Shown here: in pieces, positions 1 to 12,011 of the stretch | How positions within the stretch are numbered: position 1 is the stretch's first letter | Layout of the letters: every line of letters begins with the position of its first letter | Translations under genes and position numbers: made by a program | Notes under the pieces: model-generated | What the model saw: the letters and a program-made list of their open reading frames with translations, nothing else | Told to the model about the DNA's origin: nothing | The model's database searches: none | NCBI GenBank assembly: GCA_002269645.1 | Contig: NIVC01001813.1 | Span: 1 to 64,000, forward strand | DNA length: 64,000 bases | Origin: Macrostomum lignano | Lineage: Eukaryota | Direction of reading: 5' to 3'

Positions 1-370
1 TGGAGGGCGGAGCTGATGGGGGCGGTAGCGGCGGAGCTTTTGGAGGGGCGGAGCTGATGGGGCGTTAGGAGCGGAGCTGATGGGGGCGGTAGGGGCGGAG
101 CTGATGGAGGTGGATCGAAGGGCGGAGTTGATGGAGGATGGTTTTTCTATTTATTCGACCGATTGAAGTATACACAACGTGTACGTGTATTCGAGCTACG
201 CTGGTAGTGTAGTTGTTTGTCTAGTATAGTTTATACATGTGTATACTGTAATGTACATGTAGTCTCACAATCTCATCAAAAGCTAGACATTTTATTTCTT
301 TGGTTAGTAATCGTGGGGATATTAGATCCACATGCAGCTATCGTCATTCGGTGAAGTTATGAACCCAGTC
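1..370. mobile_element. Left arm (truncated by window start) of a foldback-like inverted repeat with GC-rich internal subrepeats
   Basis: 121-180 is the exact reverse complement of 3713-3772. 339-370 matches 3680-3711 inverted (29/32). 1-120 is the reverse complement of the CATCAGCTCCGCCCC-type subrepeats at 3765-4290. Confidence 0.7.
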
Positions 371-374
371 CAGC

Positions 375-1460
375 TCGACCCAGTTGCACAGATTCTCAAT
401 TGGATTGCCAGTCCATGGTGCGGATGTTGTTCTCAGCAAGCTTCGGATCGTTGTCCTGCTGAAACTGCAGCGCATCTACAGCCTCTGTCCATGATGCCCT
501 CAATGCGAGTTATTGGCCCAGGTCCAGCTCTGGAGAATGCAGCCCACACCATGACATTGCCATCTACATGCTTCATGGAACCAACGGGGCACCTGGAATC
601 GAATTCCTCACCAGCTCGGTGGCGCACATACCGGCGACCATCAGAACCAGTGCGGGAAAATTTGCTCTCATCACTCCAGATGACCTTGGCCCCAGTCCTG
701 GGGTGTAGAGCTTGCATGTTGCTTCGCCCAGTTCAAGCGCCGCTTCCGGTTTTTGTCGGAGATGAATGGCTTCTTCCTAGCAATGCGGCCATGCAGTCCG
801 GCAGCTACCAGACGGCGGCGGACAGTCATGGGGTGCAGCTGGACACCAAAAGTTTACGGCTGATGTCCACAGCGGTTAGCCGACGGTTGGACTCGGGCAT
901 TCGCACAATTCGTCGATCCAGTCGGTGGTCAGTTTTCGGTGCCCTGCCAGGTCTTGAGCCACAGTCTGTTTTGCCAGTGCTGCTGTGGCGCCTGAGTGCT
1001 TGCTGGACGCACGTTTTCTGCGTACGTGACTTTGGCACGCTGGGAAACTCCTTGGTCGAACAGGGCCCTGATTTTCCTACACGATTCAGGCGATAGAGCT
1101 TTGCCTTTCCCATTCTAGGAGAGTTCGAGATCATTTTTGCTTGGAGTTGTATTGAACTTGATGTTTTGGACTTTGGAATCAGCAGGGGCCCCACTGTTGT
1201 AGCACCTACCTTTTAGCCCAATTAATTAAGTGGTCTTATTACTGTGTGACTTATCATATTCGATTGTGAGATAAGGACTTCAATTAAACAGACTCAATTG
1301 TGAGTAATTACACAACACATAACTATAATTTTACTGATTGATACCACGGTTATCTATAACTGATTAGATTAAATGCTTCCGCAATCTGTGAAGGTTATGA
1401 AACTATAAAAGTTCGAATTTGTGTTAGGTGGTCTTAATTCATTGTGCGCCACTTTATGTA
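375..1460 (-). mobile_element. Decayed Tc1/mariner element: 5' end plus frameshifted transposase lacking its C-terminus
   Basis: ATG at 1113 (MGKAK..), HTH region (GKTDCGSRPGRAPKTDHRLDRRIVR), catalytic VIWSDESKF and VMVWAAFS motifs (ORF 433-717), and an NPIENL remnant near 385-405. A terminal repeat ends in TA at 1459-1460, and its core GTGGTCTTA recurs at 1230 (IR/DR style). Frameshifts and a deletion are present. Confidence 0.85.
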
Positions 1461-1654
1461 TAATGTTGCTGAGTACTTTCAAGGCTCAATCCAATTACAT
1501 GTACCATGTCGGAGAGGCCGTCTAAATATGGCTAAAATTACACACTAAAAATAAAGCCTGAGAATTTGCATTTACATTGAGATAAGTAGTAGACCTTGGA
1601 ACTGGTTAACAGGCCTCAAAACGAGGCAAGTGTTTTAAATTGAAACTAAACTGA

Positions 1655-3050
1655 TTGATGGGTTTCGACCTTCGGGCTCCTTGTTAGGGAAGCCTTCGGG
1701 CCTCAGGCTCAGAAATAAATCAATTAGAGACCTGGCCCCCCACTCCTGTCAGATGGTCAGCCCCATGGTAGCTTGATCGTGTGGCGAGCAGTCTAGGTCC
1801 TATAGCTAAGAGAGGGACAGCGAGAGACGAGCAGGGAGAATTTTGAAAGTAGAAATTAGCTAATCCGCAGATCAACTAACTTGCTGCCACCAGCCCGTGC
1901 GCCCTGGCTCACCACACCGGGACTCTCGAAATCGGGCTTCCGACTAGAAGGGGCTTTGCACTTACCTGCCAACTAGTGTCTTTTTGCTGTCAATCTCGAA
2001 GTCATAGCCGATGATAAGGGACACTGCTGGGACTAGATCGCGTTGGCCATGCAGGTACAGAGGGGACTTGTGCAGGGGATTCTTGCGGTGGCGAGTCTAT
2101 GGGGTAGCTACATGTACTATTACATTGCTAAATACGAAGATATGTACTTTTAGCCTTCAACGCGCCAACTAGCCTCTCATAGCGCTGATGATAGGCTAAC
2201 TCGAACCTCAGAGACCGCATGATTCATTTACCCGAGCCGCTTGGCTACCCTAGAGTGCACAAAGTACATCTCTGGCGCCGATTCTGCACTTTTGGCAGTT
2301 TTGCTCACTGATTTGTTAGATTGGTCGACTGAGAACTGCCTTGCCATTGGTCCACTGTGACCGGCGCCTACTAGCTTAGCTACTCATCTGAGCCATCGGC
2401 GAACAAAGAAATAAAGCCGACAAAGATAACTGTTAGATTTAACCTTCTCCTTAATTCACTTCACACTTTAGATTGAATTGGAGTCTTAGACTACTGCTGG
2501 CAGTATTATTACTAGTATGGCCAGACATTATATCTAGTATAGATTCTATGACAATTTGCAGAAAAAAGATAAAAATGCCCCTTGCCCACTGTTAGTAGGC
2601 TAGTAAGTTTCGAGCCCATGTGCTAGCGCGGGATTTGGGAAAAAGTGCGTCCTCATCATGATACTGAAATTGAGCATGAAAAAGCTCATTGAGCATCATT
2701 TTCTCTATAATGCAGCTGCTATCTCACGGGAGCTGCAAACACAGCTTTTAAATTGGGCTGAGTAGCTGATTGGGCCGCCTTGTTTCCACGGCGCCTCCGG
2801 TGTGCAGGGAATACAGGTAGCTGCATGGTTTGGTGAGCCGGGGCGCACGGACTGGTGGCAGCGGGTTAGTTAATCCGCGGTTAGCTAATCTCTACCTTTC
2901 AAATTCTCCCTGCTTGTCTCTCGACTCGCTGTCTTCCCTTAGCTATAGGACCTTGCTGCTCGCCACACAATCCAGCTACCACGGGGCTGACCATCTGACA
3001 GGAGTGAGAAGCCAGAGTTCTAAGTGATTCATTTCTGAGTTCTGAGGCCC
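1655..3050 (-). mobile_element. Decayed Penelope-like retroelement remnant with an inverted terminal-repeat pair
   Basis: Minus-strand remnants read FQYHDE (2652-2669) then MGSKLTSLL (2593-2619), resembling the PLE RT Q..G..MGS.L motif. GIY-YIG-like CNST..HRKNPLHKSPLYLH lies at about 2049-2130. An imperfect inverted repeat links about 1700-1915 and 2828-3050 (e.g. 1746-1772 vs 2975-3001). Confidence 0.5.
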
Positions 3051-3066
3051 AGAGCTACAGGCTTAA

Positions 3067-3213
3067 AAAGGCCGAACCCATCAGAATGTTGCGGAGCTGC
3101 GTCATGCCATTGAAAACGCTTGGCAGCAGCTTCCCCAGGACTTTCTGCGCCGCCTCATCTTGGGGATGCCCCGCAGAGTCGCCGCACTTCAGCGTGCGAG
3201 GGATCGTTCTTAA
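3067..3213 (+). pseudogene. Tc1-family transposase C-terminal fragment
   Basis: Translates KGRTHQNVAELRHAIENAWQQLPQDFLRRLILGMPRRVAALQRARDRS*, matching the Tc1 C-terminal pattern EL..AI..AW....L..LI.SMPRR..A. Confidence 0.75.
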
Positions 3214-3679
3214 GCATTTGTGATTCTAACTGCATATTGCAAAAAAATAATTGTGTTGATTTTGCTCGACTGACGTTATTATTGATTCACTCGCGGCGAC
3301 TTATTTGCGAAACTCGAGGGTTGAATTGTGAGTGAGAAGTCCTCCCTCCCACAAGTCCACCTCTACCGGCCTCCCCCTCCATAAGCTCCGTCCCTATAAG
3401 CTTCGACTGTCTCTGCACTGTCTCTCAATCTTGCGAGTGACGCAACTTATAGCTATACGCCACAAGACGACCTGGGTTGAGGAATGAAGTGGGGGAAGGG
3501 GATCGCGGTGTGCGAGAGTTGGACGGATTAAAGCTACGCCTCAGTTTTCTCGTATCTTTTATTTCAGAATAGTCCAAGCTAGAAGCTAGCTCACTGGCGC
3601 ATAGAGTGGCGGCTTTTTTCAATGTTGCTTTGTCAGTGGGGATTCTCAACTTGACTGACAAGATACGAGTATTTTGTAT

Positions 3680-4300
3680 GACTGGGTTCAAAACTTGACT
3701 GAATGACGATATACGTTGTGTATACTTCAATCGGTCGAATAAATAGAAAAACCATCCTCCATCAACTCCGCCCCTTCGACCCCCCTCCATCAGCTCCGCC
3801 CCTCCAAAAGCTCCGCCGCTACCGCCCCCATCAGCTCCGCCCCTACCGCCCCCATCAGCTCCGCCCCTACCGCCCCCATCAGCTCCGCTCCTACCGCCCC
3901 CATCAGCTCCGCCCCTCCAAAAGCTCCGCCGCTACCGCCCCCATCAGCTCCGCCCCTACCGCCCCCCATCAGCTCCGCCCCTACCGCCCCCCATCAGCTC
4001 CGCTCCTACCGCCCCCATCAGCTCCGCCCCTCCAAAAGCTCCGCCGCTACCGCCCCATCAGCTCCGCCCTACCGCCCCCCATCAGCTCCGCTCCTACCGC
4101 CCCATCAGCTCCGCCCCTCCAAAAGCTCCGCCGCTACCGCCCCCCATCAGCTCCGCTCCTACCGCCCCCATCAGCTCCGCCCCTCCAAAAGCTCCGCCGC
4201 TACCGCCCCCATCAGCTCCGCCCCTCCAAAAGCTCCGCCGCTACCGCCCCCCATCAGCTCCGCCCCTCCAAAAGGTCCGCCCCAACGCCTCCCTTCATCA
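3680..4300. mobile_element. Right arm of the foldback-like inverted repeat, with GC-rich tandem subrepeats
   Basis: Inverted copy of 1-180 and 339-370, followed by about 500 bp of CATCAGCTCCGCCCCT/CCAAAAGCTCCGCCGCTACCGCC modules. Confidence 0.7.
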
Positions 4301-5384
4301 GCTCCTCTACGACAAAGTAATGGTTAAACACAGCGTGCAGCTCTAAGACAGCGAATATACAGTTATCAACAAATCATTCTCTAGGAAACTTGATCGACAC
4401 AAATAATTGGCACCAGTATTGCTTTCGACTACGTTAACGAGACGCGCCAATTCAAATAGGACGCCATACGAGATCTTTGCGAGTATTGCAAGACAACAGT
4501 GGCAGAAAAAGACTAGAGTGGGAAGTGAGTTGCTTGCTTCCTATTCAGGTTAGTATTTTGCGTTGGTCTAACTTGAGCCTGGGGCACAGACTGTGGTCAG
4601 GGAAAGAGCAGGGAAAGTGGAAGTAGGAAAAGTGACTCCAATTTTATTTACGTACCAAGATTTCCTTGGTTCTATCCGCGATCCGAAGATCAAATATACT
4701 AAGTCTGCGGAGCTCAGTCTGCTTTCCATATACTCGTACCTTTGCTTGAGGAGCATTTGGATCAGTGAGGAGTCTGGCTAAAGTCTCGTTTCGATTGCCA
4801 AAAGCGATACAGTATTACATTACAATGTATTTCAAGCGATTAAACTGGTCAATGGGCTATAAGTTGCATTCAGCAACAGATTCATATTGAGGCCACACAA
4901 TGTGACATTATTGGCACAATGTTACGTCAATAAATGCAGAAGTATTGTATATAGTTGTAATACAGAAAAGCGACAATAGTTAGATAATGACATTGGAAAT
5001 TGAATTTCGCGATAGTATTACACCAACGCCACACGGCATTAACGCCGAACGAAAATGCACGGACTTGAAAGTAAACGATTTGCTTGGTTGCGTCGGAATT
5101 AAATCAGTAAATCAGTAAGAAGCATACGCTTTTTAAATTGCGAGTACCCGGTATGCACCATCACAGTTCGCAGCTGGGCAAATTATTCTGAAGAGAAGAA
5201 GAATTACGATTTTATTAGCAGAGCTACGAGAAGGGGAGCCGCCGGGGGAGGAGGGGCTAGGGAAAGAGGAGGGTATAAAAGGCTATTTAAGAACACTGTA
5301 GCAGACGGGTTATGCATGACACAGTAAGTAAAACAGAGAGGAGGGAAGAGCGTAACGAAGGGATAACCAAGGAGAGTAGAGGGT

Positions 5385-6292
5385 GGGCGCTGGAGTGGAG
5401 GAGAGGGAGGGCGCTGGAGTGGAGGAGAGGGAGGGCGCTGGAGTGGAGGAGAGGGAGGGCGCTGGAGTGGAGGAGAGGGAGGGCGCTGGAGTGGAGGAGA
5501 GGGAGGGCGCTGGAGTGGAGGAGAGGGAGGGCGCTGGAGTGGAGGAGAGGGAGGGCGCTGGAGTGGAGGAGAGGGAGGGCGCTGGAGTGGAGGAGAGGGA
5601 GGGCGCTGGAGTGGAGGAGAGGGAGGGCGCTGGAGTGGAGGAGAGGGAGGGCGCTGGAGTGGAGGAGAGGGAGGGCGCTGGAGTGGAGGAGAGGGAGGGC
5701 GCTGGAGTGGAGGAGAGGGAGGGCGCTGGAGTGGAGGAGAGGGAGGGCGCTGGAGTGGAGGAGAGGGAGGGCGCTGGAGTGGAGGAGAGGGAGGGCGCTG
5801 GAGTGGAGGAGAGGGAGGGCGCTGGAGTGGAGGAGAGGGAGGGCGCTGGAGTGGAGGAGAGGGAGGGCGCTGGAGTGGAGGAGAGGGAGGGCGCTGGAGT
5901 GGAAGAGAGGGAGGGCGCTGGAGTGGAGGAGAGGGAGGGCGCTGGAGTGGAGGAGAGGGAGGGCGCTGGAGTGGAGGAGAGGGAGGGCGCTGGAGTGGAG
6001 GAGAGAGAGGGCCCTGGAGTGGAGGAGAGGGAGGGCGCTGGAGTGGAGGAGAGGGAGGGCGCTGGAGTGGAGGAGAGGGAGGGCGCTGGAGTGGAGGAGA
6101 GGGAGGGCGCTGGAGTGGAGGAGAGGGAGGGCGCTGGAGTGGAGGAGAGGGAGGGCGCTGGAGTGGAGGAGAGGGAGGGCGCTGGAGTGGAGGAGAGGGA
6201 GGGCGCTGGAGTGGAGAGAGAGGGCCCTGGAGTGGAGGAGAGGGAGGGCGCTGGAGTGGAGGAGAGGGAGGGCGCTGGAGTGGAGGAGAGGG
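5385..6292. repeat. 24-bp purine-rich minisatellite (GCGCTGGAGTGGAGGAGAGGGAGG)n, about 38 copies, with a purine-rich tail to about 6900
   Basis: Directly visible and near-perfect. It explains ORFs 5204-6949, 5287-6723, 5312-6295 and 5383-6378. Confidence 0.95.
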
Positions 6293-7199
6293 TAGGGGCT
6301 GATGGGAGAAGAGGGTGGGCGCTGGAGGGGAGTAGAGGATGGGGGCTGGAAAGTAAAGGAAGAGAGGGTAGGGGCTAGAGAGGGGGAGGCGCTGGAGGTG
6401 GAAAGAGGGAATAGTAGAGGCTGGATAGGGAAAAGTATAACGCGGGAAGGATAGGAAAAGCAGGAGGGTATGGAGAGTATAGGGAGGGCATAGAGGGTAC
6501 AGGGAGTCCATGGGTGGGTATAGAAAAAGTATGGAGGGTATGGAGGGTATGGAGAGGTTATAAGGAGAGTATAGGGATGGTATGGAGGGTATAGGGATGG
6601 TATTGAGGGTATAGGAATGGTATGGAGGGTATAGGGATGGTATGGAGGGTATATGGAGGGTAAGAATGGGTATAGAAGGGTATGGAGGGTATAGGGAGAG
6701 TATTGAGGGTATATGGAAGGCATAGAGGGTAGAATGGGAAGGAATGGAAGGGTAGAATGGGAGGGAATGGAGGGGGTAGAATGTGAGGGAATGGAAGGGT
6801 AGAATGGGAGGGAATGGTGGGGGTAGAATGGGAGGGAATGGAGGGGTAGAATGGGAAGGAATGGAAGGGTAGAACGGGAGGGAAAGGTGGGGTAGAATGG
6901 GAGACACAGAAAAACTGCTTACTAGAACAAATATAATATTAAAGTACACCTTGCAACATTTTTGTTAGCATTAGCTAGATAGAGGCACCTGGAAAAGAGT
7001 TGGCAATATCCAACTATAACTTATTGAACTTAAGGTAGTTAAATAGTTCCATATTTTCTAGCTCTATAGTTTCGCCTTTTTGAAAGGTGCTTGAAATGCT
7101 GAATTCAATTTTCCAATTTGAAATCCATTTCTAGATTTTGAATTGCCTTGGGTTTATAGCTTAAAACCCAAGGGTGAAAAGATTGAAGGGCAGGATGGC

Positions 7200-7375
7200 G
7201 GAAATTGGGGGATGGGCAGGATAGGAAGGAATTGGGGGGTGGGCAGGATAGGAGGGAATTGGGGGGTGGGCAAGATAGGAGGGAATTGGGGGGTGGGCAG
7301 GATAGGAGGGAATTGGGGGGGTGGGCAGGATAGGAGGGAATTGGGGATAGGCAGGATAGGAGGGAATTGGGGAGG
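7200..7375. repeat. 27-bp G-rich tandem repeat (GGGCAGGATAGGAGGGAATTGGGGGGT)n
   Basis: About 6 visible copies. Confidence 0.9.
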
Positions 7376-7664
7376 GCAAAGATGGGAGATAATTGAGAAG
7401 CATGATATAAAGGAATTAAGAGAGGGAAAAAGTAAAAATATAATGATTGAGAGAACAGACATAGGTAGAGGATAGGCAGACTAGAGTAGATATGCCTAGG
7501 CTAAATGCAATATAAGTATATAACTAGCAATCTTCGCCCCCGTTGGGGGACATCTGGATAGAATCTCTGTTCTCTACAAGTAACAAAAAGATAGCCAAAA
7601 AAGCCTTCACAAAGACGACAGACAAACTGCTCAAATAAAGTGTAATGCAAAAAGAAATCATCCC

Positions 7665-7765
7665 AAGACAGCAAGCATCCCCCAAATAGCAAGCATCCCC
7701 CAGATTGCAAGCATCCCCCAGATAGCAAGCATCCCCAGATAGCAAGCATCCCCAAATAGTAAGCA
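7665..7765. repeat. 18-19-bp tandem repeat (AGCAAGCATCCCCCAGAT)n
   Basis: About 5 visible copies. Confidence 0.85.
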
Positions 7766-7879
7766 TCCACCATACAATAAGTACCCGGTAGCTAGTGCTA
7801 CAATTTCCTTAGCTCTATAGTGGCTCCTTTAACATTGGCATGACGCTTACTTTTACGTTTGAAATTGTGTAAATTTTAT

Positions 7880-9710
7880 GTTTGACATGGTGGCTCCTAA
7901 ATGTTTGACATGGTGGCTCTTTTATGTTCGACATGGTGGCTCTTTAATGTTCGACATGGTGGCTCTTTAATGTTAGACATGGTGGCTCTTTAATGTTCGA
8001 CATGGTGGCTCTATAATGTTAGACATGGTGGCTCTTTAATGTTAGACACGGTGGCTCTTTAATGTTCGACATGGTGGCTCTTTAATGTTCGACATGGTGG
8101 CTGTTTAATGTTAGACATGATGGCTCTTTAATGTTTGACATTGCGGCTCTTTAATATTTGACATGGTGGCTCTTTTATGTTGGACATGGTGGTTCTTTTA
8201 TGTTCTACATGGTGGCTCTTTTATGCTTGACATGGTGGCTCTTTAATGTTTGACATGATGGCTCTTTTATGTTCGACATGGTGGCTCTTCTATGCTTGAC
8301 ATGGTGGCTCTTTACTGTTTGACATGGAGTCACATATATGTTCGACATGGTGGCTCTTTAATGTTCGACATGGTGGCTTTTTAATGTTAGACATGGTGGC
8401 TCTTTAATGTTAGACATGGTGGCTCTTTAATATTCGACATGGTGGCTCTTTAATGTTAGACATGGTGGCTCTTTAATATTCGACATGGTGGCTCTATAAT
8501 GTTAGACATAGTGGCTCTTTAATGTTCGACATGGTGGCTCTATAATGTTAGACATGGTGGCTCTTTAATATTCGACATGGTGGCTCTTTAATGTTTGACA
8601 TTGAGGCTCTTTAATGTTTGACATGGTGGCTCTTTTATGTTGGACATGGTGGTTCTTTTATGTTCGACATGGTGGCTCTTTTATGTTTGACATGGTGGCT
8701 CCTTACTGTTTGACCTGGATTCACATATATGTTTGACATGGTGGCTCTTTTATGTTCGACATGGTGGCTCTTTTATGCTTGACATGGTGGCTCTTTACTG
8801 ATTGACATGGAGTCACATATATGTTTGACATGGTGGCTCTTTTATGTTTGACATGGTGGCTCTTTTATGTTTGACATGGTGGCTCTTTTATGTTTGACAT
8901 GGTGGCTCTTTAATGTTAGACATAGTGGCTCTTTAATGTTCGACATGGTGGCTCTTTAATGTTAGACATGGTGGCTCTTTAATATTCGACATGGTGGCTC
9001 TTTAATGTTAGACATAGTGGCTCTTTAATGTTCGACATGGTGGCTCTATAATGTTAGACATGGTGGCTCTTTAATATTCGACATGGTGGCTCTTTAATGT
9101 TTGACATTGAGGCTCTTTAATGTTTGACATGGTGGCTCTTTTATGTTGGACATGGTGGTTCTTTTATGTTCGACATGGTGGCTCTTTTATGTTTGACATG
9201 GTGGCTCTTTACTGTTTGACCTGGATTCACATATATGTTTGACATGGTGGCTCTTTTATGTTTGACATGGTGGCTTTTTTATGTTTTACATGGTGGCTCT
9301 TTAATGTTAGACATGGTGGCTCTTTAATATTCGACATGGTGGCTCTTTAATGTTTGACATTGAGGCTCTTTAATGTTTGACATGGTGGCTCTTTTATGTT
9401 GGACATGGTGGTTCTTTTATGTTCGACATGGTGGCTCTTTTATGTTTGACATGGTGGCTCTTTACTGTTTGACCTGGATTCACATATATGTTTGACATGG
9501 TGGCTCTTTTATGTTTGACATGGTGGCTTTTTTATGTTTTACATGGTGGCTCTTTAATGTTAGACATGGTGGCTCTTTAATGTTCGACATGGTGGCTCTT
9601 TAATGTTCGACATGGTGGCTCTTTAATGGTCGACATGATGGCTCTTTAATGTTCGACATGGTGGCTCTTTAATGTTTGACATGGTGGCTCTTTAATGTTT
9701 GACATTGTGC
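7880..9710. repeat. 23-bp minisatellite (GACATGGTGGCTCTTTAATGTTN)n with higher-order blocks
   Basis: About 80 copies. Variant units containing TCACATATATG recur near 8330, 8720, 8810, 9225 and 9480. Confidence 0.95.
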
Positions 9711-9769
9711 TTTTTTGTGTTTAGCATTTGTGTTTTTAAGGTTTTTGAATAAAAAAATCTTTTTGCACT

Positions 9770-9830
9770 ACTAAGATTCGAACCCAGGTCGCTGCATTAG
9801 CATTCCAGTCTGTTCGCATCTATGCTATCT
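9770..9830 (-). mobile_element. tRNA-derived SINE head (Pol III A/B boxes)
   Basis: Minus strand has TAGCATAG (A-box-like, 9820-9827) and GGGTTCGAATC (B box, 9775-9785). It does not fold into a full cloverleaf and shares CAGCGACC.GG with the 28575-28630 head. Confidence 0.55.
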
Positions 9831-9839
9831 CTTGTCAAT

Positions 9840-10315
9840 TGGAATACGTGAATTGTGGCCCTTATAATTAAATTCTTATAGCAAATCGGTTAGAGTAAAA
9901 AGTTATGACATAATCAATTTCTCAGTCAGCCAATATCAGTGTCAATTTAAGTTGGCAATATTGTTACGCAATTTAAATCAAGTTTTGTGTGCATTTGTTC
10001 GGCACTGTTTTCAACTGGTTGTGATGTAATCTTTATCACAATTGGAATTCAGTCAGTCAGTTTTTTCTCTAGCATTCTTACAATGCATTTCAGGTCGAAA
10101 GAGCTGCTTGACCTTTGCAAAAAAGCATGTTTTTCGAATATTTAATCCCTTTAATATTGAGCAATTTCTTAGCCAAGATGCATGTACCGTCCCAGGAAAA
10201 TTTCTGATCGAATGGTGCAAGTTTGAAGAAAATCGGTTGAGCCATTTTTTCTGAAATCTATCGCATACCTACCTACCTACCTACCCACAGACAACTCATT
10301 TTTAGTATATAGGAT
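9840..10315 (+). mobile_element. Helentron/DINE-1-like non-autonomous element remnant
   Basis: The 3' part reads CAAGTTTGAAGAAAATCGGTTGAGCC..., then a (TACC)n microsatellite, ending TTTTTAGTATATAGGAT. This layout resembles DINE/HINE-type elements. The 5' boundary is uncertain. Confidence 0.45.
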
Positions 10316-12011
10316 TCATATGACAATAAATATAAAGTAAATACACAACTGAACTAATATTAATTAATTTATTCATTAGGAAGGTTATTGGCTTCTTTTT
10401 CTTTTTCTATAGCTAGGCCTATACATTTCATAATATTGGCCTACAACAATTATTAGATTGTTAGACAAGAAGCATAAAATATAATAGGGTCTAAAATAGC
10501 TAGCCTATTTTAGACCATATACATTTTATAGACTAATAATTTAGTAGGCCTACTCTTAATAGCTATAGGCCTATTACTAAAATAAAATAACATAGCTAGC
10601 TACCTATCATAGGCCTAAAATTGACAAGGCCTTTTGTGTTTCTTTTCATGGTACAAGTATAGAGTGATATTAAAATAAAGAATACAACTAAGAGCTAAAA
10701 AATTATACTAAATACCTGGCAATAAAGAAGAAAAACAAAGTAGATTAAAGCAGAATGCAGTACAAAATGGCCCACATATTGATAAGAAGGCCAATATAAG
10801 GCCAATAACTGGGTGAGCCAAGGCCACCTAGCTAGCTAGCCATCAAGCTTTTACTTTTTTTTAAGCCAATTAATATCTGCCTGCAACAGGACCATTTCAT
10901 CCTTATTGTCATTGTCAAGAGGTCCAAGTAGCTAGTTTATTTTACAATCATTAACCTCCTAATTAAATTTCATTCAGTCATGTCATACATGGCTTTTTGT
11001 GCAAGCTAGGGCGACACATTTCCAAAGTTTTCGACTCTAGACACAAACTGCTTTATTAGTCTAGGTCTTGAATTCATACATACTAACACAATGCCCTATA
11101 GGCTATACTAATTAAATATGTCGAGCCATTATAATATTGGTTGTGCGTAGGCTTTTGAATTGCGCGCCATAACTGCCCAATACAAGTATATACAGTCCGC
11201 TTTTAATCAGAAGGAAAGCATGTTATGCTGGCAGTCGACATGCCATCTACCCTATCTAATCGTAGAAAACGTTTACCTTTTCTACCGATTAAATCCATGC
11301 TGGTCGGGTGTGTCAACGCAGTATTTGATTGCAAGGAAAACTATTTGTTGTAAGAGTAATGGAATAAATATCTTTAATTATTATTATAAATATTGTTATT
11401 ATTTTTTATATTCTCGTTTTGATTATTAAATTATATTATTATTACTTTATTAATATTATTATTAATATCACTTATTATTCACTGAATTTTATATTTCAAA
11501 TTAAAAAAACTAAATTTAATAAAAGCTTTGAAGCTTAACAGAAAACGCATTTTTAGTGTCTTCAGTTATAGTCCAATTTGTTTTAATGTGTAGCGCTGCA
11601 GGGCGGTGCGGGGCGTGTTTTAGGGAGACCCCCAGCCAAGTGTGATGATCACAATTCACACGAGTTACATCTGTCTGAGGTCAAGCTACTCAATTGTTTT
11701 TGGTATTTAGTGAAGTAAAATTGATTAGATTTAAAGGCTTTTCTTTTATAATTAGGCTTAGCCTAGCCCTATTAAATTGATTGGTTATTGACTTAGGCCC
11801 ATACTACTTAGTGTTGGCTAGAAAACCCAGAAATTTTCCTTAGCCCCTTGCATTTATTGATGTTGTATAGCCTAGGCCTAGTAAGGGTTGAACATCAGCT
11901 TTGGCATTAGCATAGGCCTAGTCTATGAATTGTCTTAATCGCCCTGGCCTGGTACACCTAAAGCCAAATAGAAATAGTCTAAATAGAGAATTGAGATGAA
12001 AAATATTTAAT

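Noticed and set aside
1655-1700. Hammerhead ribozyme in the Penelope-like repeat
   Set aside because: A hairpin plus GAAAC is present, but the CUGANGA core and stem III are not.
5204-6949. Extensin-like Pro-rich ORF and the overlapping EWRRGRAL/GAGVEERE ORFs
   Set aside because: All frames are open because of the 24-bp repeat; this is an artefact.
9755-9835. tRNA gene (also considered at 28575-28630 and 29735-29895)
   Set aside because: A/B boxes are present but the acceptor and anticodon stems do not pair, so these are treated as SINE heads.
11642-11678. C box (GTGATGA) and D box (CTGA) suggesting a C/D snoRNA
   Set aside because: Only 26 nt lie between the boxes and there is no terminal stem, which is too short for a canonical snoRNA.
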